A stretch of 64,000 bases of DNA from Vicugna vicugna (taxonomy: Eukaryota), in contig MU061579.1 in the NCBI GenBank assembly GCA_013265495.1, positions 6,424,124 to 6,488,123 on the forward strand. The letters run 5' to 3'. Every line of letters begins with the position of its first letter. Position 1 is the stretch's first letter. The translations under genes were made by a program, and so were the position numbers. Under the pieces are notes generated by a model. It was not told the DNA's origin and ran no database searches. It saw only the letters and a list, made by a program, of their open reading frames with translations. Positions 1 through 13,763 of this stretch are shown here, piece by piece.

Positions 1-180
1 CCTGATTAAACTAACCTGTTGTTATAGAGTCAAAACCAGAGGTTCCCTCAGGTGATGACAGTAACTAGAGAGGGGCCTTGGGAAAGTTTATGGAGTGACA
101 GAAATATTCTGCATCTTGATCTGTTGTGTAACTACATTGATCTGTTGTATTTTACTGTAAATAATCCCCCAATTTTAAAT
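1..180 (+). mobile_element. Old L1M (L1MC/ME-type) 3' UTR end
   Basis: GGAGTGACAGAAATATTCTGCATCTTGATCTG resembles the L1MC/ME 3' UTR motif. Confidence 0.5.
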
Positions 181-379
181 GTATTCATTTTCTTTTGAGC
201 ACTATGGTTCTTCTTCTTCTACTTTAATAATTTAATCTTACCATGTTTAACACTGAATTCTTTATCCTGGTTTTCACAAATTCATATTTGCTGTTTCTCC
301 TGTGATTCCCATTTTAGTCAACAGCACCTATCTCCCTTGGTTTCCCAGGAGAAATGACTCTGAACTCTCTACCACCCTC

Positions 380-1487
380 TGTGTCAGGGACTCCAAGATC
401 ACTCATAGGCTCCAGGATTTGCTAAAAGGACATGCAGGACTCAGAAAAATGATTATACTCTTGTCTATGGTTTATCACAGTAAAATTGAGACAGGAAGGG
501 GGCAGGACACAGCCATTCAAGGAATGCCACAGCAATTAACATCAAAATGGTGAAGAATTCAACCCCCAGTAGGCCTTGAGGCTCAAGATGATGAGAGATT
601 TAACTTCTAGCAGATCTTGAGCTTCATTATACGCCCATTGTAATATATTAACATGGTGAATAACATGCCCACAGGCACCATGGCAGTCCCAAGGCTAGCC
701 ACAAAAGGTCAAAGAGTGGGAAATGGCCAGCTTCCTGGGAATCCCAGCCCCTTCCCCAGGCTAGTTAAACTGGTCCTTCCACTTATTAGCTATGAAGCCA
801 CCAAGCCCATAAAAACCAGCAACACCAACCCTCGGGGCTGCCTCTCTCTCTCCCTCTTTGAATGTGTACCTACTTTCAATCTGAGCACCCAACCCCCACA
901 CCTCATGGCCTTTCTCGTGCCTTTCAGTGCATCTCTCTGAATAAATCTACCTTCACTCAACTGTGGCTAGCTCTTGAATTCTTTCCTGCATGAAGCCAAA
1001 GACTCACACTTGGTGAGGCACATCCCAGGGGCTCAACAGAGACCTGGGACATGGCCCTCCTCATGCCCCACACCTGTTTTCCTGCATCATATAGACATAG
1101 ATTAAAATCAGCCAAGGGAAAATGCCCTTGTCTGAAACCTAGGAGAAACAAGGAGCAAATGTCTAAGCCTCCTCTTCCAGTGAAGAGTACACTTAATGTG
1201 CGTAAATGAAGACACACTTAATTCTCCCAACAATCTGCAAAGTGGGGCTAACTATGAAAGCTCATCCAAGCCACGGTGTCCAGGGTTTTTATGGGGGGGT
1301 CAGTCTTGTAAGTATGCAGCCACTTTGACTCCAACACCCCATCCCCCTCCTCATGCTTACTCAACCTCAGGAAAAGACATCAAGACCTCAGGCAAACAAA
1401 AACACTCTTCTCAGGCAGAATATTCCAAGGGCTGGGAGGTTATCTCCTAGGAGCTGCCCAAGGGTCAGCCCTGAAGTCATGCTTTTC
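380..1487 (-). mobile_element. MER21-like ERVL LTR, split by the LTR at 487-1089
   Basis: TGTGTCAGGGACTCCAAGATCAC..GGACTCAGAAAAATGATTATACTC..GGTTTATCACAG stops at 486 and resumes at 1090 with ..AGATTAAAATCAGCCAAGGGAAAA..GGTGTCCAGGGTTTTTAT, collinear with the copy at 7575-8226. Confidence 0.7.
487..1089 (+). mobile_element. MER41-like ERV1 solo LTR
   Basis: TG..CA ends (TGAGACAGG..CTGCATCA); AATAAA at 940-945 followed by CTTCACTCAACTGTGGCTAGCTCTTGAATTCTTTCCTG (MER41-like 3' end); homologous to 56935-57374. Confidence 0.75.
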
Positions 1488-3399
1488 TTTTGAATGCTCA
1501 GGGTTTCAAGCAACCCTGGCTTGCTTTGTAACCCTTTGCTGCCTACACTGGTTTGGAAGCAACGCGAATTCTGCCTTTGCAGTATCTCTTAGACCTAGCT
1601 TTTCTTTTCTGATTTCCTAGTCCTCACATTACTTCCAGGCCTCATCTTCAATCATCTAGTCTATTCTCATAGCAACCAAATGGGTGGTTTGACTACCATT
1701 TCTCACTCACCAAAATACATCTTCCACATTCTTGTCAGAGTTCTCTTTCTAAAAATCAAATTTGATAATGCCACTGCTACACTGTTGACAATACTTTTAA
1801 TGTCCATTATTTATACAATATCATGTATCTTTTAAGAAACAATAATGTACAACTCTACTCATTACATTGGAGCTTTATATTCAATATGTTTGTAAGTAGA
1901 AAAAGCTAGAGACAAAACACCACATGTATTACATTCTTGTGAGTGTTTGTATGTGTGCATGTTTGTGTGTGAGTGTGTGTATTTATCAAAGAGCCTGGAA
2001 AAACTGCCCATAAATATTGCTAGTGGTTATCCCTCAGTGGTTTAGAAAACTGGTGATTTTATTTTCTTAGGTATATCTCAGGAATGTTCTAATTTTTAAA
2101 TGAACATGTCCTAATTTAAAACACAATAAAGTTAATTAGACATATCTGTGGCTTGTCAGTGGCTCAAAGATTAAATGTGAACTGTTTCATGTGGATTAAA
2201 AGACCTCATGTACAGAGCAGCTCCACCTGATTTTCCATCCTCTTTTCCTGAAACTTCAAACCATGAACCCTGCTCTGTAGTCCTATTGAACTTACTGCAA
2301 CTCCCTGAACATCTCTGCTTGGTCAGCCCTTGATGCCTTTACCTTTTTGCTTTTATGCCAAGAATGTCTGTCTTTTCTTTGTCTGGAAACTGCTTCCTTT
2401 CAAGAACCAAATAAAATGTTAGGAATACTTTCCCAGTGTCCCAGGTAGAATTAAGACACTGGCCCCAGTGATCCCATGGCATTTTGTCAACATATGTTTT
2501 TATAAAATTTAGCACATAAAATTTAAAGTTTATTGTCTATTTTTCTCTACTAGAGCTGGAGGATTCAAATTAAAACACTGTTGTATCAATGTGTTTATTT
2601 CATGGGCTTTTCACAGTGCCTGGCAATACTTCTTAAAAAATTAATAACTCATCTCTTTTCATGGAGCTAAGGAAAAGAGCAGTAATTTATAGACATGTAA
2701 ACATCAATTGTCATATCTACTACCAGCTAATACAGTTTATGAAGTTTCACTTTTTCTTATGCCCAAAAAAGCTCTTCTTTCTGTTCAGAGAATAAGAATC
2801 AGTAGGTTATGCAGATTTGACTTATGCCTTTAGATGGTGCCATTACTTAGAATATTTGATCCAATGTCCAATTTCTGTGGCATTTATGTCTAGTTTTCCC
2901 ATATTCAAATACCTCTTATAATCAAATAGTTCTCAATTTTGCAATTCAACTTCTGGCTGTAATTGATGGACAAGGATGAATAAAATACCAATGAGAAAGA
3001 ATATGTCATTTCACATTCTATTTTTCCTTGGATTACACTGCTGAATAAAAGTACCTAGAGCTGTCCACCTTCCATTTTTTTCAACATTCAAGTAAAGATA
3101 ATTGGTCAGAATTTCTAGGAAATGTCATCCAGATAAATATCCTAGTGATAACCTCAGATTCAAAACTAGGATCTGATTATGTCAAAAGAATCAGGTAGAT
3201 AATATTTGCCTTCTTGATGAAGGGTCATGGCTAGGAATAACATCTGTTAGAATAGAAAAGAATGAGCCAAGAAACTTAGGGAAGCATGCCTCAGATTTCA
3301 AAGGCTCAGAATAAGATGGAAGAAGCAGATTCTTATCAAAGGTTTAAGTATCCTTGTGAGTTTTTAAAATCTATTTATCTATCTACATGTAATTTCATG

Positions 3400-3906
3400 T
3401 ATGATGGTTAACTTTATGTGTCATTTTCACTGGGCCGCGAGGTGGTCAAATATTCAAACATTATTCTGGGTGTTCCTGGAGGTTGTTTTGGAATGCGATT
3501 AACATTAAAATCTGTAGATGAAGTAAAGCAGACTGTCTTTCCTAATGTGAGTGGGCCTCATGCAGTCAACTGAAGGCCTGAACAGAACAAAAAGCTGATC
3601 CTTCTTTGAGTAAGAGAGAATCTCTCTGTCTGATTGTCTTCGAATTGGACATTGGCTTTTTCCTATATTTTCACTCAAACAGAAACATTGGCTTTTCCTT
3701 GGGTCTCAACACTGTGGGATCTTCCTTCTTTCCGGACCTACACCCTCAGTTCTCCTGGTTCTTAGGCCTTTGGACTTGAACTAGAACTATACTACCTAGG
3801 TTCTCCTAGGTCTTCAGCTTGAAACTCACCTGCAGATCTTGGGAATTAGAAGCTTCCATAGTCATCAAATGAGCCAATTTCTCATAATTAATTAATTTAT
3901 TATATA

Positions 3907-3946
<40 letters not shown>

Positions 3947-3985
3947 CCTATTGGCTCTGTTTCTCTAGAGAACCCTGCCAATAAA
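3400..3985 (+). mobile_element. MLT2 (ERVL) LTR
   Basis: Starts TATGATGGTTAACTTTATGTGTC, contains GTGGGCCTCATGCAGTCAACTGAAGGCCTGAACAGAAC, ends CTCCTATTGGCTCTGTTTCTCTAGAGAACCCTG. Confidence 0.85.
3911..3946. repeat. (ATCT)9 microsatellite inside MLT2
   Basis: Perfect tetranucleotide run read directly. Confidence 0.95.
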
Positions 3986-4579
3986 ATATGGATTAGTAAG
4001 TTTTATTCTAGGCAGTGGTATTGACAAATGATTCAGAGCCATGGGTAAAACACTGAAAGGACCAATTCACTATTAAATCATGTTGCCTCAATCAATACAT
4101 AATAAAGTAAAAGCACAATCAATTGGGAAATTAAAAAAAAAACTTCATATTTTGTTTAGCATTAAACTTTTATAAAAATTGTGCTTTTAAATATTATGTT
4201 TGTAGATTTATTTTAAATGAGTGGAGAAAGGAAAAAACAGAAATAATTTTGCAAATAAAAAAGAAAAATTAATTTTTGTCAAGTGCTTGAAAATTTAATG
4301 CAATATTCCATAATTAGGCTTAGATAAATGGATATGGTTTGAAAAGAAAGGGAGAAAGACAAAGAAAATAGAGCAAAAGGTACCAGAACTTCAAAATGAG
4401 TATCTGTCAATAGTAATTTTGAATTTCTGATTTCCCCTAGTTAGAATAAACATTGGAACATGCCTCTCTGCCATGATGATTTTTTTCCTACCTTGGAACA
4501 TTCATACCACAGGCAAAGAATAAAAAACAATCTGACCTTTGATTGGCACCAATTTTCGTACCAGTTATCTAGTCCTACA

Positions 4580-5490
4580 AGACAATCTACTGCAAAACTT
4601 CATAGCTTACAGTCATGATGATTTTTCTTATCTCAGAATTTTCTGGATAAGCTAGATGGTTTTTTATATCTAGATTGATTTTTGCTGGGCTTTCTCATGT
4701 GTCTGGGGGCAGCTGATAGGTTTGTGATGGTCAGATGGTTCTGGACGAACTCACTCACGTTTCTGGTGATTAGCGTGCAGTTAACTAGGGCACTTGAATT
4801 CTCTGCATGGTTTGCTATCCTCTAGCAGGCTAGCGTAGGCTCTATTACATTAATCTCAAGGTTCCGAAGTGAACACTTTTCAAATCTCTGTTTATGTTGC
4901 CTTTTCTATTGTTCAGTTGGTAATAGGGAAGAACAAATCTGACTCCATATTAGATCAGTTCCTTTGGCTCTAACCTTGTGCTCTGTTTCCTGTGCTTAGT
5001 CATGCTGGTTCTGCACCTTTTGTAAAAGAGTGTTGCCTACAGCCTGAAATATACAGGATAGCCTATTCTCAAGGCTCTGATTGTTAAGGGTATTAACACT
5101 TTTCCATTCATATAGGGATAAAAAGTTGCATAATAGAAAATGACATTTGTTTTGTTGGAGGTTTACAGGGACACCATGACCTGACCCATGTGGACAGCTG
5201 CAAGAACAAAGGATTCCAACACCAAGAAGTTTGCAACAGCCAACTATATATACTCCCTCCCGTTTTTAGTATAAAAGGAGCCTGTATTCTGACTTGGAGA
5301 AAATAGTTCTCCTGGACATTAGTCTGCCTTCTTTCGGTCTGCCAGCTTTCCAAATAAAGTCATCATTCCTTGCCCCAACACCGTCTCCTGATTTATTGAC
5401 CTGACGTGAGGCAAGCAGAATGACTTTAGACTCAGTAAAAAATTCTCCAAAGAAAGTCATATAGCCAAGATTTGTGTTAGCAAGGGAGTG
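4580..5490 (-). mobile_element. Old MLT1 (MaLR) LTR interrupted by an ERV1 LTR
   Basis: CTCACTCACGTTTCTGG..ATCCTCTAGCAGGCTAGC..TTCAAATCTCTG..TTCAGTTGG, then CCAAAGAAAGTCATATAGCCAAG after the insertion. Confidence 0.55.
4921..5440 (+). mobile_element. ERV1-type solo LTR
   Basis: Begins TAATAGGGAAGAACAAATCTGACTCCATATTAGATC; TATAAAA at 5270-5276; AATAAA at 5353-5358; ends GACTCAGTAAAA (decayed GTAACA). Confidence 0.75.
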
Positions 5491-5505
5491 GTATATCTAC
5501 AATAA

Positions 5506-5850
5506 AATAGTCCCTCCTTATCTGTGGGCAATACATTCCAAGACCCCTAGTGGATGCCTGAAACTGTGGATAGTACTGAACTCTATATATACTATCTTTT
5601 TTTTTTTCAATACTACTGGGCAAGTAGTGTATTCAGTGTGGAATTTCTGGGGAAAGGGATGATTTGTGCCCTGGGTGAGACTGAGCTGGATGGTGCAAAA
5701 TTTCATCACACTACTTAGAATAGGATGCAACATAAAATTTATGAATTATTTATTTCTGGAGTTTTCCATTTAATATTTTTGGACTGTGGTTGACAGCAGG
5801 TAACTGAAACTGTGGATAGTGAAACCACAGATAAGCAGGGGGACTGCTGA
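5506..5850 (-). mobile_element. MER44 (Tigger-derived) MITE
   Basis: Terminal inverted repeats TAGTCCCTCCTTATCTGTGG / CCACAGATAAGCAGGGGGACTG; internal CCAAGACCCCTAGTGGATGCCTGAAACTGTGGATAGTAC. Confidence 0.85.
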
Positions 5851-5899
5851 AAAACAGAAACAAGGAGAAGAAAATTCTGTGACCACTTCTTTTCAATCT

Positions 5900-6700
5900 A
5901 TGCTTTGAAAGAAAAGAAAAATGAACTAAATAGTAGAATAGACACAGTTGTAATTGATGGATTGCACTGGAAAATACTATAGAAGGAAAAATATATAAAG
6001 ATAGAAGTTTCAGGAAATGGACGATCCAATAACTGAGTAATAAAAATTACAGAGAGACAGGAAAAAGAGAGAAAGAAATAGAAATTTTGGAGGAGTGGCA
6101 ATATTTGAACAAAAAAGATATAGCTTACAGTCTTCCAGGCCTATATATTAAGTCCTCACATTGTACTATATATAAAAACAAAACAAGCAAACTAAAACAC
6201 ACTGGGCACACTGTAGTTAAAGTTTAGAATTTTTTAAAAATCCTAAGAACAGGAAGCAACAAAATATTACACCTACAAAAGAATCAAGAATCAACTGAAC
6301 ATCAAACTTCTCATCAGAAACAATGAATGCAACAAAGACAACAGAGGAATACAATACAAATATTAAGAGGAAAACAATGTTAGGCATAGAATAGCATATT
6401 TAGTCGAACTATCATGCAGAGTAAGGATGAAATACAGATGTTTATGGACATGAACAGACTCAAATAGTATCTACTCATAGACCATCTCTGAAAGCGCAGC
6501 CAGAGCCTACAGGCCAGGAAGAATTTTAAAAATCCAGAAAGAATGAAATAATGATTAGCACACAAATTTATAAAATTTATTTTAAATCTAAAAATATTGT
6601 GTAGTAAAATTATTTCTTTAAAACAGCAACCTGGAACTGAAATTCTAGTTTATATTAATGTGTAATTTGGGTGTAACAGTAAGCAGAGAAGAAAAGAGGG
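5900..6700 (+). mobile_element. Decayed L1 ORF1/HAL1 fragment
   Basis: A-rich strand with AGAATCAACTGAACATCAAACTTCTCATCAGAAACAATGAATGC, typical of the ORF1 C-terminal region. Confidence 0.65.
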
Positions 6701-6784
6701 AAGCAAAATGTGTTAATATTTTATTTTGGATGGGGACAAATATAGGTAATCACTAGAGAAGGTTACTTTACTTTAAATAACATT

Positions 6785-7572
6785 GTGTTAGACATTTGTT
6801 GGATTTCTTTGCCAATCACTTGACTTCCTTTGTCTTTCTATCTATGTTAATTTGTGAGTCACAAAGACCAGGTATTTGTTCTCTTCAGTCTCTGAAAATA
6901 GAACACAAGCATATGTTCAAAGCAAGGCCAAGTGCATGCTGCTTCATTCAAATACTGAAAGGAAGAAAGTAATGCAGTATATCAGGAAAAGTCTAGAATT
7001 TATGTGTCATCAATGTTGGAATCAAATGTCCACTGTGGTCATATCAGTGTCCAGCAAGTGTAGCAACAGTATTATAACCAAACTATTACTAGAACATAAT
7101 TTTGGCCACAATTCCTTTCATGTATTCATTTTCCAGCCATTTATGCATTCATTCATTCATTCAATAAATTGTTTGAGTATCTACTTTGGGTTGAGCACTT
7201 TTCTAGGTGGGAGGGAAACAGCAATGAACAAAAAAAAGAAAGATCAGATTTTTATTAAGCCTAAGATATAATGAGTACGGAGAGAGAGAGACTGAGAGAG
7301 AGATAGAGAGAGACAGAGAAAGAAAATGAAATAGTCATAAAAAATGGTAAAAAGTGGAGCCATGGAAGGTGAGAGAGAGTGATAGGGGACTTTTTTACAC
7401 GGAGTGACCAAGAAAGGCTTCTTTCAGACCTAAATTCCCTTGTTCCATTTTTAGTTTTTCCTCAGCTTTCCTATAGATTCTTTGAGCTACCAGACACCAT
7501 TCCACTACGACTTTTCTGCTTATGTTAGCCAGACTCAATGTCTATGGTTTCCATAAAAAGTCCTGACTGGTA
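6785..7572 (+). mobile_element. LTR33/LTR41-like ERVL LTR with an L2 3' end (minus strand, ~7130-7430) inside
   Basis: 3' end TTCTGCTTATGTTAGCCAGACTCAATGTCTATGG..CCTGACTGGTAC; L2 tail ATTCATTCATTCAATAAATTGTTTGAGTATCTAC. Confidence 0.5.
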
Positions 7573-7574
7573 CT

Positions 7575-8226
7575 ATCTGGAGTGAGCCAGATTGCAAGGA
7601 CTGAGGGCACACTCTCCCACAAGAGTATCTTCACTTTTTAGCATTAACTGCAAGCTCAAGTTTCCCAAACTGCTTTCAGGTTTGATAATTCACAGGACTC
7701 ATAGAATGCATCCAAAGCTATTACACTCATGGTTATAGTTTGTTACAGGGAAGAGATATGTTCAAATCAGCCAAAGAGACACATAGGTCAGAGTCTGGGA
7801 GAGTTACAGACGCAAAGCATCTGTTCACCTCAGGACACGTTACCCTACTAGTTTTGATGTATGATGACGTGACGGAATATTGCCAACCCTGGAGGTTCAC
7901 TAGAGTCTTGGAGTCCAGAGTTTTTATTGGGGTTTCATTAAGCAGTCATGACTGATTGGATGATTTCCCATGTGGCTGAACTCAAACTCCAGTCTCCCCT
8001 TGCCTGGAGATTAGATTAGCATAGTATCATGTGGCCAGAGAGGCCCATCATGCATTACCTTGTTAGCAAAAAGTATTAGACTATCAGATGTGGTACCAGG
8101 AGTTTAATATGAAAAATAAAGATAATTCTATCACTCTGGAAATTCCAAGGGTGTAGAGGTTAATTCTAGGAACCAGGGACACAAGCCAGTCTTTTCTTTG
8201 GACAAGACCAAATTCTTTACTACACA
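7575..8226 (-). mobile_element. MER21-like ERVL LTR
   Basis: GGACTCATAGAA..AAAGCTATTACACTCATGGTTATAG..GTCCAGAGTTTTTATTGGGG..GGAAATTCCAAGGG; ends CTTTACTACACA. Confidence 0.75.
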
Positions 8227-8439
8227 GGTACAAATGTATATGTATTTTAAAAATGAAAACAAGTAACATATTCTCATTTTGGTAAATTTAATAATAGATA
8301 AATATTCAAAGGAAGAAATGAAAATCATCATTTATTTCAATATACAGATAGTAACCACTAGTTAAACTTTGATATATTTTCTTTCTCCCTGTTTTCCTAG
8401 GACTTTGAAATCAGATTGTATATGCAGTTTTGTATTCTG

Positions 8440-8935
8440 ATGTGGCAGCTACTTGAACAGACTTGCTCAGACTCCATTTCAACCTGTTTTCATTAGCAGT
8501 CGTTGGAAAGCTAAAACTACATTTCTGAGATGCCTTTGCAGTAAAGGGTTAGAATCAAGATATAGTCATGTGAAATTTAGGATTCAGAGATGAGATGGAG
8601 GCCATTTTCTGAAGCTACGTTAGTGAAGATGTGATTCTGGAAATCATGAATATTTGGAGCACGGACTCTGTGCTCCGGGGCCTGGTCACCAGCTGCACAG
8701 ATGGGAAGCTGTTGAGATGGCAGCAGTGATAGCTGCAGTTAGGAGCAGTGGCTTTCTACTCTCTGCAGCAGATGTGCTGTGACCTTAAAACCAAAAGAAT
8801 GATGGGAGTTCATGGATACTGAACCAGTTATTGTTCAAAAATAATTGTGTAAGTGCCTAATTCCTGGTACTGACTCCTTTCCACACAATGTACCTGGAGT
8901 GATTTTTATTTCCAGTTTTGAAATATGAGTGAAAG
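8440..8935 (+). mobile_element. LTR33-like ERVL LTR relic
   Basis: AAGCTAAAACTACATTTCTGAGATGCCTTTGCAG and GGCAGCAGTGATAGC motifs; similar to 51560-52010. Confidence 0.45.
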
Positions 8936-10239
8936 CATTTTTTAAAGATTATATTATAAATGTTTTTTTTTCCAATCATTAAAATATTCTTAAGAAAATC
9001 ACTTTAAATTTCAACTTAAACATTTTTCTACATTGTTCACCTCTTCAGGAATGAACTTGTAGAATCAATTTAGAAAATCAGATTTTTTTTTCTTAAACCG
9101 TTCATTTCTCCTGGGATCTGGGTTACCAAGTTTATTTATTAAAAAGACTTGTATATATTTAAACTTTGTACATAGTGCATGAATACTTAGAAAATTTTTG
9201 AATTGTCTGGATGATTCCTATGAAAATTCTGGAACCATGGAAACCATGGAAAAACCATGGAAACATGGTTGTTTCTTTCAATTTGCTAAGACATCATTCA
9301 TCTATGTTTGAACAAGTAAAACCTGAGAAAGATGTGATGGATATTGCTAAAGTAATCATACTTTTATAAACTACTTAAGTTTCTGTAAGTTTTATTTTAG
9401 ATATTTTCATGAGTTAATGAACATATTAGCCACAGTTCAAAACACATACAAAGTTCATAGCAGTAATGTCTTCTGGGATTTTACTTGTAATAAAATTTCT
9501 TTTCCTATATGACCCTTTTGTTTGTTTCCTGTATACAGTATTCTCCTTTATCTCTCCCAGGAAAGTAAATACATGTGTTTAAAAAACCTGTTCTGATTAT
9601 TCCATCAATTCTCTTTACCTAGAAACTGCTTCTGTTTGTTGAAACTGTTGTCTCCCTTTTGTAATGTTGGCTTTCCTTAATTTCTGGTGACCCTGATTTA
9701 CACAGTGGTCATAATCTTCTTTTAGACTGCTTCTTTGTTTGTGCTTTGGTTGATAAGCAGGCATTTTAGACAAGGTTTCCATCCTTAGAGCAAGCTTGGG
9801 AGATGACTGGAATGTGCTCTAATTAGGATATTCCAATTTTGTGCTTCCTGTTGATCCAGAATGTCTTTTTCTCCCAGTCTAAGTTCTTATACCACCTGTA
9901 CTGCGTGAAGGCAGTGAATACTGATTCTGCTGCTTGTGTGCTATGGAGAGGGGAAAGCACAGGGCTGCACTGCCTTTGTTTTCCCTTCTTAGCAGTCTGA
10001 CCAATAGCCCTGTTGGTTACTTCTGGTGCACACTGACTCCCAGGTTCCACCACAAGCAAACCACTATTAATGGTCAGTGATGTCCCTCTACATTTGCAGA
10101 CTTGTAATTATGAGGTTGTGCAGCCTACTGGCTTCACATCAGAAGATGTCTTTTCAATTTATCAACACACATTTTGTTTTAAATAAATCACTATTGTATT
10201 TTTTTTTTTGAACTCATAAAATCTGGGGTTTGGGGCATT

Positions 10240-10620
10240 AATCAATCTCTCTTACATTCTACAGATTTGTTGGTATTTCTTCAATGCTACAAGAGAAGAT
10301 CTTCAATCCCCTTATTTCCTTATTTGGTGATAAAAATGTTCACAGTTGCACTTTATTTTACTGCCAGGTATAATTTTGGTTTACTCCTATAGGTTCTGAT
10401 ATGTGGTGTTTTAATTATCATAACTTTGACATTTTATTGTAATTTCTTTGAAATTTGCAGGAATTATTTAGGAAAGTGTTTAAATACTTAGTGATTGGGG
10501 TTACTATTCTGCATTTTTGTCAGTAATATAAAGTTTCATTGTAGTAGGATCTAAAAATGTCATCAATGCTTTTCTAATTGAAGGATTTTTAAGACATGTT
10601 TTATGAGCAGTAGAAGTGTA
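10240..10620 (-). mobile_element. Old L1 ORF2 fragment
   Basis: T-rich strand with GGTTCTGATATGTGGTGTTT..TTATTTAGGAAAGTGTTT..GATTTTTAAGACATGTTTTATG. Confidence 0.45.
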
Positions 10621-11509
10621 TAATCACCTCAAATATCACGTATAATACTAAAATTTATTAATAAACTAGCTATTATTATTCTTCAGTATCCTTTATCTTA
10701 CATAGTTAGGCCTGCAGTGGGGAGCCATCCCAGATCTGTAAGGATCAAGAAGTTAACTTTCAAGATCTTGGGCTACTATACAGATCTTCACTTTCTCCTC
10801 ATATTTCTAGACTATATTTTCCATATGAACAAGAATTGAATATAAAAGTGGACAATCTCACTTTCTTGAACTCTGCATTTTTACAGAGAATAGAATGCTT
10901 CCAATCATATTTATACTAGTATTTCAACTTTTCAATGTTTTGGGTTAAGTATGCCTGTTTTAGAATTTGACTGGAATCCACCACAGTACAAGGTTTCTGT
11001 CATTTCCAGCTTATCATAAAAGCATTGAAAAGCTCCAATTGAGACATGATGAAAGAAAAAATGTGCTGTCAATTCTTCAAATTTTAAATTAGCAGTAAAT
11101 ATTTTGGTCACGGGTGCCAATAAAAATATAAAACCATTTCCCCCCTCCTTCCAAATCTGTTAACGAGAGTGAATTAGAACAAGAGAAATGGGAGGACAAT
11201 TAAGAAAAAAGCAAAAATGTTTTGTTTACTTTTTAATAGAATTTTCAGGATGATAGAATTGTATTATATTACTGGGTTTCTGTGATGTGTACCTAATCTG
11301 GCCTCAGAGTATATAATAGAAATATTTGTTTGAGCCAGTCTCAGAATGAGCCTTCACGTTTCTCTTTATTTTTATGTTTGTCACACTTTCTTTTGCCCTG
11401 CCTTGTCTTGTACTAATTCCCTACCCATTCCATTTCTCTTTCCCACTCTACCTGCATTCTCTCATAAGCAAATGCCTGGATCCTATCCCTATTTCCCTGA
11501 GAATAAGTT

Positions 11510-11630
11510 TCATACCCTTGTTATACCTATTTTAAAGATGACTAAACTGAGGCACAGGTAAGTATGTTTCTAAAGGCCACACAACTGATAAGTGGCAAAG
11601 CCAGGTTCAGAAGTCAGGCTGTCAAGTTCA
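11510..11630 (-). mobile_element. MIR SINE
   Basis: CCTATTTTAAAGATGACTAAACTGAGGCACAG..AAGGCCACACAACTGATAAGTGGCAAAGCCAGG core. Confidence 0.8.
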
Positions 11631-13763
11631 GACTGACCTTGTTCCTGATGACAAGACTTCCCTCAACACCCTGCCTGAGAGTCAGGGAACAGAGTGTCTC
11701 AGTCTTCAACTTCTTTTTGGCTCCACATTAAAGGTGGAGCTCCACATCATCCTGCATAATCGCTCAATGAAACCTAAACTTTGTAAGGGGCATGTGATTG
11801 CTCAGTGACAGGCTTAGGCTGGTGATCTGCCACTAGGATCACATTTAGCCATTAAATCTACTCTGTGAATTCAGTATTATTTTCTCATTAACAAACGAGG
11901 AAATGAAAGGGCACATAAATAATTAATTTGCTTAGCATCATATAATTTATAACTGTTGGATCTTGGATTCACATATATCTACGGCTGACCCCAAAGTGTT
12001 TACTTTATACTTCTACTCTACGTAAACATGTTTTCTTTTGAAGTCAAAAACCATCCACATATACCAATTTCTTCTCCCATCTCATTAGCATGAATTATAA
12101 TGAATTATATGTCTTTCTGCTTGCAAGTTTTCTTTCTTGACTAATTCACTGCAAAGACTTAAGTCATTCATTCTAACTTTATGCTTAGTGTACTTTCCCC
12201 CCCTTATAAGGCTAACACTTCTGACTATGTTTTCTGTGTTTTGCATACAGTTATTAAGTCATCAAGTAGTTGCTTGAGAATATGATAGTCTGGACTGAGC
12301 ACTGATGATGCACGTGACAAAGAGAGATATGGCCCCTGCCCTCACAGAGCTCACAGTGGGAATATAAACCAATAGGTAGATTCAGCTCCAGTTCCAAATA
12401 ACTCCTGTAACAACAGTGCCATCAACTTTCCCTTCCTTTATTTCTTGCGTCTTCAATGTATATTTTCATTGCCTCTATTTTCTGTAAACTCTTTACTGTA
12501 GCTCACAAATATGTCCAGGTCTCCCTCTTCTATAACGACAAACAAACATCCACAAAATTCCTCTTCAATTCTGCTACAGTGCTGAGCTCTCATCCTCTCT
12601 TTCTCTTTTCATCACCAGATAGTCTCACAAATAAACAAATGACCTTAAATCAACTTTTTAAAACCATCCATTCACTCTTGAATCCTCTGAAGATTTAGCT
12701 TCTATTACAACTACTATATTGATGTTTCAGGATGATTCTGCATTTCTGGACAGCTCTTGATAACAGTTTCCTTTTTATGTGCATATATGTAATATGTGTT
12801 TTCCATTGTATACATACTGCAGAAAAAAGCTTATATCTCCCAAGAATCAACTATCAGGTCATGAGAAGCCCATCACTGCTCATTTATTTGTATCTTTTTC
12901 TATCAAAACTCTAGAGTTCATTAAAATAACTAGCACATCAGGTACAATTTTCAACTCCACTCTACTATACATTATTACCTTTTTTAGCTTCTTTTCAATG
13001 TTTTTAGATCCTCAATTTTTATTCTCTGTGTGTATTTACATGTATTGTGTGCTTTTCAGTCACATAGTCAGTTCCCAAGAGAAGAAGTGCTGGAAAGTCC
13101 CTCTACCTGACCTTCTCTCACCCTCCAACGTAGTCCCAGGTCTTAGTTACATCCTGACTCCATCCCAGCAGCTGCTGGATTCAGGCAGGACAAGAAGCTT
13201 AGTGCTGGGCATAGATGGAAAGGAACTGAACCATACCAATCAGTTTATCATGTTTCCTGAGCCTCCTGCTTCAAGAAAGTTATAGTCTCTATTGTTCTCA
13301 CCACGTTACATATAGACTTAAACTAGTATTTATTTGGTGCTAACTATATGTCCTAGAGCTACAGTTGTTGACATTATTTACCACCTACAGGTGCCTTTGG
13401 CTCCTCCCTCATTTCCCTTGTATAGTCACCAAGTCCTTTAGATTTAGTGACCTAAACCCCCCATATTCATCTGCCGAACATCATCCAATGGATTATACCT
13501 TTGGCTGTATCTACTTGTAGGATCACAATACTTTCTCAATTATTTCTAATCTATGCTTCAGCCAAATTCTTATACTATGTTGACAGGTTAGTTTTCCTGA
13601 TTCCTGATAGCCTTACTTATGCCATTTCTATTATTAAAAGTTGTCATTGACTCTCCATTATCTGTGGGGTAGAGTCCAAAATTTCTCCCTGGTTGGTAAG
13701 TTTCTTCATGACCTGACCACTCTCCACAGTCCGGCTTCCCTTGCACCTGTCCTGTTTTACACC

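Noticed and set aside
12779..13285. Longest ORF (168 aa)
   Set aside because: No recognisable domain, AT-rich codons, no exon context.
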